Assembly: GCA_963931435.1 (NCBI GenBank)
Contig: OZ007012.1
Location: 623,710 to 647,709, forward strand
DNA from: an uncultured Coriobacteriaceae bacterium
GTDB lineage: Bacteria; Actinomycetota; Coriobacteriia; Coriobacteriales; Coriobacteriaceae
Length of the DNA: 24,000 nt
Direction: 5' to 3'
The translations under genes were made by a program, and so were the position numbers. Each line of letters begins with the position of its first letter. Position 1 is the first letter of the stretch. Shown in pieces: positions 1-8,995 of this stretch. The notes beneath the pieces are model-generated. The model made no database searches. It was not told where the DNA came from and worked only from the letters and a program-made list of their open reading frames with translations.

Positions 1-40
1 GCTCGCGGGTCCCAAGACCACCGAGGGTAAGGATCATTCG

Positions 41-661
41 ATGATCAGTATGATTCTCGGCCGCAAGATCGGGATGACCCAGGTGTGGGACGACGAGGAC
101 AACGTCGTGCCCGTCACCGTCATCCAGGCTGGCCCCTGCGCCGTCTCGCAGGTTAAAACTCAGGCGACCGACGGCTACGATGCCGTCCAGATCGGCTTTG
201 GCGACATCAAGGCCAAGAACGTCAACAAGCCTATGGCGGGCCACTTCGCCAAGGCTGGCGTCGAGCCCGTCCGCTATCTGCGCGAGGTCCGCGTGGAGGC
301 CGGCGAGGAGCACAAGGTCGGCGAGACCGTCACGGTCGCCGACTTCGCCGACGTCAAGAAGGTCGATGTCATCGGCACTTCCAAGGGCAAGGGCTTCCAG
401 GGCCGCATCAAGCGCTGGGGTCAGCGCCGTGGTCCGATGACCCATGGTTCCCACTTCAAGCGTCACCCCGGCTCCATCGGCCAGTGCGCCTATCCCGCCC
501 GTGTTCTCAAGGGCGTCAAGATGGCTGGTCACATGGGCAACGAGCGCGTGACCGTGAAGAACCTGTCCGTTGTCCGCATCGATGCCGAGCAGAACCTCAT
601 GCTGGTCAAGGGCGCTGTCCCTGGCGGCAAGAACGCTCTGGTCGCCATCCGTATGGCGTAA
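41..661 (+). CDS. rplC: 50S ribosomal protein L3
   Basis: 206-aa ORF with L3 hallmarks (GRKIGMTQVW, KGKGFQGRIKRW, SIGQCAYPARV). AAGGA RBS 7 nt upstream. First gene in the conserved L3-L4-L23-L2-S19-L22-S3-L16-L29-S17 order. Confidence 0.97.
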   Translation: MISMILGRKIGMTQVWDDEDNVVPVTVIQAGPCAVSQVKTQATDGYDAVQIGFGDIKAKNVNKPMAGHFAKAGVEPVRYLREVRVEAGEEHKVGETVTVADFADVKKVDVIGTSKGKGFQGRIKRWGQRRGPMTHGSHFKRHPGSIGQCAYPARVLKGVKMAGHMGNERVTVKNLSVVRIDAEQNLMLVKGAVPGGKNALVAIRMA

Positions 662-710
662 ACGCTGATTTAAGCAGACAAGCCTCACGTCATACCAAGG
701 AGAACACCGT

Positions 711-1337
711 ATGTCTAAGTATGAAGTAAAGAACAGCGAGGGCCAGAAGGTCGCTGAGGCCGAGCTCGCTTCCGCGGTGTACGGCATCGAGCCGAACATC
801 CATGTCATGCATCACATCGTCGAGTGCCAGCGCGCCTGCTGGCGCAGCGGCACCCAGTCCGCCAAGGGCCGTTCCGAGGTCTCCGGCGGCGGCAAGAAGC
901 CCTGGCGCCAGAAGGGCACCGGCCGTGCCCGCCAGGGTTCGATCCGTGCCGCCCAGTGGCGTCACGGCGGCGTGGTCTTCGCTCCGAAGCCGCGCTCGTA
1001 CGCCAAGCGCATGAACCGCAAGGAGGTCAAGCTCGCGATGCGCTCCGCGCTTTCCGCCAAGGTGCGCGACAACGAGCTGGTGCTCGTGGACGACTACGGC
1101 TTCGAGAAGCCGTCCACCAAGGCCGCCGTGGCCATGCTCAAGGCTCTCGGCCTTGAGGGCAAGCGCCTCACGATCATCGTGCGCGAGGACGACATCAACG
1201 CGTTCCTGTCGTTCCGCAACATCCCCAAGACGTTCATCATCACGCCGAACGAGGCCAACACCTACGACCTCGTCAACAATGGCGCCCTGCTGATGCCCGC
1301 CGATGTTGCCGCTCACTTCGGGGAGGTGCTCGCATAA
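711..1337 (+). CDS. rplD: 50S ribosomal protein L4
   Basis: 208-aa ORF with the L4 core ([19 protein letters not shown]). AAGGAGA RBS at 697-703. Conserved position after rplC. Confidence 0.97.
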   Translation: MSKYEVKNSEGQKVAEAELASAVYGIEPNIHVMHHIVECQRACWRSGTQSAKGRSEVSGGGKKPWRQKGTGRARQGSIRAAQWRHGGVVFAPKPRSYAKRMNRKEVKLAMRSALSAKVRDNELVLVDDYGFEKPSTKAAVAMLKALGLEGKRLTIIVREDDINAFLSFRNIPKTFIITPNEANTYDLVNNGALLMPADVAAHFGEVLA

Positions 1338-1625
1338 ATGACCGCCCACGAGATCATCATCCGCCCCATCGTCTCCGAGCGCAGCTACGCCCAGATGGAG
1401 CAGAACAAGTACACGTTCGAAGTTCATCGCGACGCGAACAAGTACCAGATCAAGGATGCTATCGAGGAGCTCTTCAACGTCAAGGTCACCTCGGTCAACA
1501 CCCTGAACGTCAAGCCCAAGACCAAGCGCGTGCGCATGGTCGCCGGCAAGACCCGTTCGTGGAAGAAGGCGATCGTCACCGTCGCCGAGGGCGATTCGAT
1601 CGAGATCTTCGGCAACCAGGCCTAA
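1338..1625 (+). CDS. rplW: 50S ribosomal protein L23
   Basis: 95-aa ORF starting immediately after the rplD stop. L23-like sequence (IIRPIVSERS..., YTFEV, KDAIEELF) in the conserved position. Confidence 0.96.
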   Translation: MTAHEIIIRPIVSERSYAQMEQNKYTFEVHRDANKYQIKDAIEELFNVKVTSVNTLNVKPKTKRVRMVAGKTRSWKKAIVTVAEGDSIEIFGNQA

Positions 1626-1804
1626 GGCTTCTCGAGGGTTGCAGGTTTGCGCATCTCAAGAGGGGATGCGCAAACGAACTTGTATCGGGCACATAAGATG
1701 GAACCGCCCGGTACCGTGGTATCCGGTGTCATCGCACCCCGGAGTGAAAGCTCCGAATCCCTGCTTGCGGTGGCGAGCGGATAGAGATTGAAAGGGATAC
1801 GTAA

Positions 1805-2635
1805 ATGGCTGTAAAGCACCTTAAACCGACCAGCGCGGGCCGCCGCTGGCAGACGATCTCGGACTTCGCCGAGATCACCTGTACCACGCCCGAGAAGTCG
1901 CTCCTCGAGCCGCTTCCCAAGAAGGCCGGTCGCAACAACAACGGCCGCATCACCGTCCGCCATCAGGGCGGCGGCGTAAAGCGTCGCTATCGTCGCATCG
2001 ATTTCAAGCGCAACAAGGACGGCGTGCCCGCCAAGGTTGCCACCATCGAGTACGACCCCAACCGCTCCGCCCGCATCGCGCTGCTCCACTACGTGGACGG
2101 CGAGAAGCGCTACATCCTGGCGCCCAAGGGCCTCAAGGTGGGCGACATGGTTGAGTCCGGCGAGAACGCCGACATCAAGCCTGGCAACGCGCTGCCTCTC
2201 TCCGAGATCCCCGTGGGTACGCTCATCCACGCGATCGAGTTCCAGCCCGGCAAGGGCGCCGCTATCGCCCGCTCGGCCGGCTGCGCCTGCCAGCTCATGG
2301 GCAAGGAGGGCAAGTACGCCATCATCCGCATGCCGTCCTCCGAGATGCGCCGCGTGCTCATCACCTGCCGCGCCACGGTGGGCGAGGTGGGCAACGCCGA
2401 CCACGCCAACATCGTCATCGGCAAGGCCGGCCGCAAGCGCCACATGAACGTGCGCCCGACGGTGCGCGGTACCGTCATGAACCCGGTCGACCACCCGCAT
2501 GGCGGCGGCGAGGGCAAGAACCACACCTCTGGTCGCCCGTCTGTCACCCCGTGGGGCAAGCCGACGAAGGGCTATCGCACCCGCAAGAAGAAGAAGGCGT
2601 CGAATAGCCTCATCATCCGTCGTCGCAAGAAGTAG
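1805..2635 (+). CDS. rplB: 50S ribosomal protein L2
   Basis: 276-aa ORF with L2 motifs ([29 protein letters not shown], basic C-terminus). Confidence 0.98.
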   Translation: MAVKHLKPTSAGRRWQTISDFAEITCTTPEKSLLEPLPKKAGRNNNGRITVRHQGGGVKRRYRRIDFKRNKDGVPAKVATIEYDPNRSARIALLHYVDGEKRYILAPKGLKVGDMVESGENADIKPGNALPLSEIPVGTLIHAIEFQPGKGAAIARSAGCACQLMGKEGKYAIIRMPSSEMRRVLITCRATVGEVGNADHANIVIGKAGRKRHMNVRPTVRGTVMNPVDHPHGGGEGKNHTSGRPSVTPWGKPTKGYRTRKKKKASNSLIIRRRKK

Positions 2636-2665
2636 TCGATACCGAGAATTAGGAGATAACGACTT

Positions 2666-2926
2666 ATGAGCAGAAGTCTCAAAAAGGGGCCGTTCGTTGA
2701 AGCTCGCCTGCTCTCGCGTATCATCGCGATGAACGAGGCCGGCAAGAAGGACGTTGTCAAGACCTGGTCCCGCGCTTCGACCATCTTCCCCGAGATGGTC
2801 GGTCACACGATCGCCGTGCACGACGGCCGCAAGCACGTCCCCGTGTACGTCACCGAGTCCATGGTTGGTCACAAGCTCGGTGAGTTCGCACCCACCCGTA
2901 CGTTCCGTGGCCACAAGGCCAAGTAG
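2666..2926 (+). CDS. rpsS: 30S ribosomal protein S19
   Basis: 86-aa ORF ([11 protein letters not shown]..., [30 protein letters not shown]). AGGAGA RBS upstream. Confidence 0.98.
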   Translation: MSRSLKKGPFVEARLLSRIIAMNEAGKKDVVKTWSRASTIFPEMVGHTIAVHDGRKHVPVYVTESMVGHKLGEFAPTRTFRGHKAK

Positions 2927-2940
2927 GGGGTTTCACGTAA

Positions 2941-3312
2941 ATGGCAACTAAAGCTACCGATACCGAGACCCGCGAGGTTCGCGCCGTCGCCAAGTACGTG
3001 CGCGTTTCCCCGTCCAAGGCTCGCCTCGTGGTCGATCTTATCCGCAACAAGTCCGTTGAGCAGGCGTTCGAGATCCTGCACTTCTGCGAGCGCGCCGTCG
3101 CCGTGGACGTGGAGAAGGTTCTCCGCTCTGCTGTGGCTAACGCCCAGCACAACAACGGCATGCGCGCCAGCGACCTCGTGGTCGTCAAGGCCTATGTCGA
3201 CGAGGGCCCGACCCTCAAGCGCATCCGTCCGCGTGCCAAGGGCTCCGCGTCGCGCATCCTGAAGCGCATGAGCCACATCACCGTCGTCGTCGCTCCTCGA
3301 AAGGAGGCATAA
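2941..3312 (+). CDS. rplV: 50S ribosomal protein L22
   Basis: 123-aa ORF, L22-like ([32 protein letters not shown]), in the conserved position. Confidence 0.97.
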   Translation: MATKATDTETREVRAVAKYVRVSPSKARLVVDLIRNKSVEQAFEILHFCERAVAVDVEKVLRSAVANAQHNNGMRASDLVVVKAYVDEGPTLKRIRPRAKGSASRILKRMSHITVVVAPRKEA

Positions 3313-3317
3313 GCGCT

Positions 3318-4456
<1,139 letters not shown>

Positions 4457-4672
4457 ATGAAGCCCGCAGAGATTCGTGAGCTCAACGACGCTCAGCTTGC
4501 TGATAAGCTGAAGGAGATGCGCGCCGAGCTCTTCAACCTCCGTTTCCAGATGGCCACCAGCCAGTTGGACAACACCGCTCGCGTCAAGCTCGTGAAGAAG
4601 GATATCGCCCGCATCCTTACGGAGCAGCGCGCCCGTGAAATCGCAGCGGAGAAGGCCGCTGCGGCGAACTAG
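4457..4672 (+). CDS. rpmC: 50S ribosomal protein L29
   Basis: 71-aa ORF directly after the rplP stop. L29-like ([27 protein letters not shown]). Confidence 0.96.
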   Translation: MKPAEIRELNDAQLADKLKEMRAELFNLRFQMATSQLDNTARVKLVKKDIARILTEQRAREIAAEKAAAAN

Positions 4673-4688
4673 ATCTCAAGGAGAGAAC

Positions 4689-4949
4689 ATGAGCGATACG
4701 CGTAACCAGCGTAAAGTCCGTACGGGCGTCGTCGTTTCGATCTCCGGCAACAAGACCATCGTGGTCCAGACCGAGGAGCGCAAGCGCCATCCCAAGTACG
4801 GCAAGATGATGACCACCACCAAGAAGCTGCACGCGCACGACGAGGAGTGCACTGCAGGCGTCGGCGACAAGGTTCGCGTCATGGAGACCCGTCCCCTGTC
4901 CAAGATGAAGCGTTGGCGTCTCGTCGAGATCATCGAGCGCGCCAAGTAA
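4689..4949 (+). CDS. rpsQ: 30S ribosomal protein S17
   Basis: The track ORF starts at 4635, but the ATG at 4689 follows an AAGGAGAG RBS (4677-4684). It gives the typical 86-aa S17 ([10 protein letters not shown]..., [22 protein letters not shown]). Confidence 0.93.
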   Translation: MSDTRNQRKVRTGVVVSISGNKTIVVQTEERKRHPKYGKMMTTTKKLHAHDEECTAGVGDKVRVMETRPLSKMKRWRLVEIIERAK

Positions 4950-5036
4950 GCTGCTTGTCCTGACTTCACGCTGACGACGTGCGACGCGCAAGGCAAGCTG
5001 CGCACCTCTCGCCAGCCTATGTTCGGAGGAACAACC

Positions 5037-5405
5037 ATGATTCAAATGCAAACCATGCTGAACGTCGCCGACAACTCCGGTGCGCGCAAGGTTCGCTGCA
5101 TCAAGGTGCTTGGTGGTTCCAAGCGCCGCTATGCGGGGATCGGCGACGTGATCGTGGCGGCCGTCCAGGAGGCCACTCCGGGCGCCAACGTCAAGAAGAA
5201 GGATGTCGTGAAGTGCGTCGTCGTGCGCACCGTCAAGGAGATCCGCCGCAAGGACGGCTCCTACATCCGCTTCGACGACAACGCCGCGGTCGTCATCAAC
5301 AACGACGGCTCGCCCGTGGGCACCCGCATCTTCGGGCCCGTGGCGCGCGAGCTGCGTGACAAGAAGTACATGAAGATCGTCTCGCTTGCTCCCGAGACCC
5401 TGTAG
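5037..5405 (+). CDS. rplN: 50S ribosomal protein L14
   Basis: ATG at 5037 after a GGAGGA RBS gives the canonical [16 protein letters not shown]... N-terminus, 122 aa. The track start at 5019 is probably too far upstream. Confidence 0.96.
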   Translation: MIQMQTMLNVADNSGARKVRCIKVLGGSKRRYAGIGDVIVAAVQEATPGANVKKKDVVKCVVVRTVKEIRRKDGSYIRFDDNAAVVINNDGSPVGTRIFGPVARELRDKKYMKIVSLAPETL

Positions 5406-5424
5406 AAGAAAGGAGAGAGCAGCT

Positions 5425-5748
5425 ATGGCCATGTCCATCAAGAAGGGCGACACCGTCAAGATTCTCTCCGGCAAGGATCGCGGCAAGCAGGGCACCGTGC
5501 TCCGCGCCTACCCTGCTGAGGGCAAGATCAAGGTTGAGGGCGTTGCCGTGGTCACCAAGGCCGTGCGTCCCAACCAGCAGAACCAGGCCGGCGGCTTCGA
5601 GCACAAGGAGGCCAAGATCGACGCCTCCAACGCCATGCTCGTGTGCCCCAAGTGCGGCGCCGCCACCCGCGTGGGCCACAAGTCCGGCGAGCTCGACGGT
5701 CACAAGACCAAGATCCGCGTCTGCAAGAAGTGCGGTGCCGAGTTCTAA
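5425..5748 (+). CDS. rplX: 50S ribosomal protein L24 with a C-terminal CxxC...CxxC motif
   Basis: ATG at 5425 after an AGGAGAG RBS, 107 aa. KOW motif (KKGDTVKILSGKDRGKQGTV). The C-terminal part carries CPKC (C74/C77) and CKKC (C100/C103). Confidence 0.95.
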   Translation: MAMSIKKGDTVKILSGKDRGKQGTVLRAYPAEGKIKVEGVAVVTKAVRPNQQNQAGGFEHKEAKIDASNAMLVCPKCGAATRVGHKSGELDGHKTKIRVCKKCGAEF

Positions 5749-5793
5749 ATCCGCTATCGAGCTGATTCGATAGTTTCGCCTGAGGGCGCCTGA

Positions 5794-5823
5794 GCCCCGT
5801 CGCGCAAGCGGCGGGGCTTTTTT
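5794..5823 (+). terminator. Rho-independent terminator after rplX
   Basis: 10-bp GC stem GCCCCGTCGC/GCGGCGGGGC (one G-U pair), GCAA loop, then a T6 run at 5818-5823. A smaller hairpin CTATCGA/TCGATAG lies upstream at 5754-5773. Confidence 0.85.
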
Positions 5824-5880
5824 CCGCCGATTGAAGGGGGCGCGTTTCGAGGAGACGCATATCCTCTATGAAACTAAGTT

Positions 5881-6080
5881 GAGCCCGACCTGCCCAACTA
5901 AGTCCAACTGGGCCCAACCGGGCCCAACAGGTCCCAGGTGAGCCCAGCCGGCCAAACCGGGCCCAATCGAACCCAACGAGCCCGGCCGAGCCTAACCAAG
6001 CTCTACCAAGCTCTACCAAGCTCTACCAAGCTCTACCAAGCTCTACCAAGCTCTACCAAGCTCTACCAAGCTCTACCAAG
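5881..6080. repeat. 10-bp-periodic tandem array: about 12 degenerate units (NNCCCAANNN-like) then 8 perfect CTCTACCAAG units
   Basis: Read directly. 6001-6080 is exactly 8 x CTCTACCAAG, 5991-6000 is the variant CCTAACCAAG, and 5881-5990 repeats a CCCAA/CCCAG core every 10 bp. Confidence 0.9.
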
Positions 6081-6144
6081 CCAGATCTCCGCACTGCTCA
6101 CCTTCGTCGACCTCAGAACGAGCATGAATGTACAAAAAGCCGAG

Positions 6145-6180
6145 TAGGGAACAGTTTAGGGAACAGTCTAGGGAACAGTT
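6145..6180. repeat. 3 x 12-bp direct repeats (TAGGGAACAGTT / TAGGGAACAGTC / TAGGGAACAGTT), iteron-like
   Basis: Read directly. An 11-bp inverted copy of CGAGTAGGGAA (6141-6151) occurs at 6265-6275 (TTCCCTACTCG). The surrounding sequence is visibly AT-richer than the rest of the window. Confidence 0.85.
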
Positions 6181-7046
6181 CACAAAATGCCTGGTAGATG
6201 AGGTGCTGAATCTCGAAGGTAATGCCTCATCGGCGTATTTCAAGGGTTTTGGCGCACTAAACTATTCCCTACTCGACTTTCTGTACATAAGCGCAACGCC
6301 GTCGTGTGCAGGTATCGCTGTAGAGCAGTGCTGCCCCGGGCTTCTGAGCCGGGGCCACCGGCACACGGTCGGGCATCTCCCTTGCGGTTAAAACGTCGAA
6401 TGCCGCATAAAGGCGACCCCAGCACGTGTGCGGGCACCGCCATAGGTCTACCGCTTGTCCTTCGGTGGACGCTTTGGTTTCTGTCCACGCGCACCATCCC
6501 TGTGCACGCTCTGCACGCCGGCGCTGGGGCGGTAGCTTTGATGCAGCAGAAGGGTGCATGTCAGAACCATCGCTTAATAGATGGCTTTGTCAACACATCG
6601 TAGATCCTGCGCAGGGGTTGTCGCGATCTGGCCCGGCGTAGGTTGCTCCACCTTAACCCTGCCGCCCTGCAGTCAGCATCTCATTGTGCCTGCTGCCTGT
6701 CCGCTTGCCGCCCACCTGAACGCCGCCCTGCATGTCGGCCATGTTGCGCGCCCGACGTCTTCCTGCACGTCGCGAGCCCTGCTAAAAAGCGGCTGCGATC
6801 CGGCCTAACGCAGATGGTTCCGTTTGCGCCCCACCATCCCGTACACCATCTTTTCGCGTGTCCGCAGCCGCGCCTGCGTGCACGCTGCTGCACCTGCAAT
6901 GCAAGCCGGCGCACGGCCCGAGACCGTAACGCGCGCCCCCGAGCCGTCTTTTCACCGGAACGGTGCAATCTCAAGTGAAGACTTTGTGTGCGCGGTCGAG
7001 TATCCTCATGTAGGAGGAACCCGTCTGCAGAAAGGGGGATGGTTGC

Positions 7047-8954
7047 ATGAACGATCGCGCGCGCAAGCTCGTGATGCTGCTCGAGCAGAGCGGCACCTGG
7101 ACCACGGCCGCTTCGCTGGCCTCGTCGCTGGGATGCTCGGCGCGCACCGTCAAGACAACCGTCGCCCAGCTGAACGAGTCCCATCCCGGCATCGTCGTCT
7201 CGAGCTCCCATGGCTACCGCCTGGGCGATGCCGACGCGGTCGAAGACCTGCTCTCCTCGGCGACCACGCGCGTCGAGGGCGTGCCGCAGACGGCCCAGGA
7301 GCGCCGCACGCGCATCCTGTGCCAGCTGCTCATGCGCCACAACGAGCTCTCCGTCGAGGATCTTGCCCAGGAGCTGTGCATCTCGCTCACCACGCTGGAG
7401 AACGAGATTCAGGCCATCAACGCCGACCTCTCGGCGAGCGACGTGGCCCTGCGCACGCGCGGGGGCCAGCTGTTCGTGGCCGGTGACGAGGCCGCCAAGA
7501 AGCGCGTCATCAGCGACCTGCTCTTCGGCGAGACCCGGGACTTCTTCAACCAGCTCGAGCTGGTGAACGTCTACTTTCCCGATATCGACATCAAGGAGCT
7601 GCGCGCCGCGATCGACGAGCGGCTGAAGCGCGAGGGCTTCTTCATCAACGGCTACTCGCTCTCCAACCTGATTCTGCATATCGCGATCGCGCTGGAGCGC
7701 TGCCTCAACGGCTTTCCGGCGGCGGACAGCGGGTTTCCCGTCCAGGGCTCGATCTCCACGGAGGTCGACCGCGTCACCGAGGACATCCTGGGCGGCATCG
7801 AGGAGAAGTACCAGGTGTCCTTCTCGGCGGCGGATCGTCGCTCGCTCAAGCTCATCCTCTCCACCTGCCTAGTGGATGTCGACAGTCTGGAGGACGCGCG
7901 CCCGCAGAACAGCCAGGTCGCGCGCCTGCTCGACCATATCCGCGCCCGCGTGAGCAGCGAGTACGCGGTCGATCTCTCGGACGGGGAGTTTGGCGTGCGC
8001 TTCTCGCTCCACCTCGAGAACCTGCTCGCCCGCGGCGAGAGCGACGTGGTGCTGCGCAATCCGCAGTTCGACCTCATCAAGAACGCCTACCCCTATGTCT
8101 ACGAGATCGCGGTCTTCATCGCCGAAATCATCCAGAGCGATACCGGGCTCATGGTGAGCGAGGACGAGATCGCCTTCATCGCCCTCCACGTGGGCTGCTT
8201 CATCGAGGAGCAGGCGTCGCGCGGCAACAAGCTGCGGGCGTTCGTGGTGAGCCCGCGCTACAACGCGCGCAGCACCTCGCTCGCCGAGCTTTTGAGCGAC
8301 TACTTCGCGCAGGACCTCTGCATCGACGCGGTGGTGGAGGAGCCCGACGAGATCCGCAACGCCAGCCAGGTCGACATCATCATCTCGACGCAGGAGCTGC
8401 GCGGGCGGTTCGCCGCGCCCGTGGTCAAGGTCTCGCCGTTTCTGGGCGAGGTCGACCGCGCGCTCATCCGCACGCGCATCGACGCGATCCGCGCCGCCGC
8501 GCGTCGCCGCGCGATGGAGCGCAATCTCTACGCGTTCTTCCGCAGCGACCTGTTCTTCATCGACACGCCGTTCAAGGACGAGCACGACGTGATCGAGGCG
8601 ATGGGTGGCACCCTCGTGGAGCGCGAGTTCGCGTTCCCCGACTTCAAGGAGCGCCTCTACGCGCGCGAGGCGATCAGCTCGAGCGTGTACCGCGACATCG
8701 CTCTACCGCACCCCATCGACATGGATGGGATCAAGACGGCGGTGGCGGTCTCGCTCCACCCCGATCCCATCTCGTGGATGGGCTCGCCGGTGCATGCGGT
8801 GTTCATGCTGTGCGTCACGCGCGAGGACCGCTCGTTCTTCCGCGAGGTGTTCGAGTTCGTCGCCCACGTGCTCAACGAGCCCACGAGCGTGCAGACGGTG
8901 AGCCGCGCGCGCACGTTCGAGGAGTTCGTCGAGATGCTGCTGAGGTACTACTAG
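7047..8954 (+). CDS. PRD-domain transcriptional activator of the MtlR/LicR/ManR class (HTH - Mga-like HTH - PRD1 - PRD2 - EIIB(Gat)-like - EIIA(Mtl/Fru)-like)
   Basis: 635-aa ORF with a GGGGGA RBS before the ATG. N-terminal winged HTH. PRD-like segments with His (LILHIAIALER; FSLHLENLL; IAFIALHVG). EIIB-like segment KLRAFVVSPRYNARSTS. EIIA-like C-terminus with DIALPHP and AVFMLCV. Confidence 0.85.
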   Translation: MNDRARKLVMLLEQSGTWTTAASLASSLGCSARTVKTTVAQLNESHPGIVVSSSHGYRLGDADAVEDLLSSATTRVEGVPQTAQERRTRILCQLLMRHNELSVEDLAQELCISLTTLENEIQAINADLSASDVALRTRGGQLFVAGDEAAKKRVISDLLFGETRDFFNQLELVNVYFPDIDIKELRAAIDERLKREGFFINGYSLSNLILHIAIALERCLNGFPAADSGFPVQGSISTEVDRVTEDILGGIEEKYQVSFSAADRRSLKLILSTCLVDVDSLEDARPQNSQVARLLDHIRARVSSEYAVDLSDGEFGVRFSLHLENLLARGESDVVLRNPQFDLIKNAYPYVYEIAVFIAEIIQSDTGLMVSEDEIAFIALHVGCFIEEQASRGNKLRAFVVSPRYNARSTSLAELLSDYFAQDLCIDAVVEEPDEIRNASQVDIIISTQELRGRFAAPVVKVSPFLGEVDRALIRTRIDAIRAAARRRAMERNLYAFFRSDLFFIDTPFKDEHDVIEAMGGTLVEREFAFPDFKERLYAREAISSSVYRDIALPHPIDMDGIKTAVAVSLHPDPISWMGSPVHAVFMLCVTREDRSFFREVFEFVAHVLNEPTSVQTVSRARTFEEFVEMLLRYY

Positions 8955-8995
8955 CCCCGCGGCAAAGCCGCTGGTGCGAAGGGAAGGGATGGAAG

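Noticed and set aside
1-40. The 3' end of rpsJ (S10), expected upstream of rplC.
   Set aside because: Only 40 nt are available. The one frame ending in a stop (…ARGSQDHRG*) does not resemble the S10 C-terminus as I recall it, so it cannot be supported.
5991-6080. The tandem CTCTACCAAG array as a CRISPR array.
   Set aside because: The units are only 10 bp and directly abutting, with no spacers. No cas genes or leader are present. It is a simple tandem repeat.
5881-6080. On the minus strand the repeat reads AGCTTGGTAGAGC, which resembles a tRNA D-arm, and GGGTTCGATTGGG resembles a T-loop. This could suggest a tRNA-derived att site.
   Set aside because: The flanking bases are direct repeats rather than complementary, so there is no T-stem. 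No acceptor or anticodon arm can be built. The resemblance is most likely coincidental.
5938-6147. 69-aa ORF through the repeat array, giving a repetitive STKLYQALPS peptide.
   Set aside because: The peptide periodicity is a by-product of translating a 10-bp repeat in all three phases. There is no RBS, and the start codon lies inside the degenerate repeats.
8955-8995. A RAT/terminator antitermination target for the PRD regulator. A small GCGGC-AAA-GCCGC hairpin lies at 8958-8970.
   Set aside because: The regulator has DNA-binding HTH domains (activator class) and no CAT RNA-binding domain. The hairpin is tiny, lacks a U tract and does not resemble a RAT.
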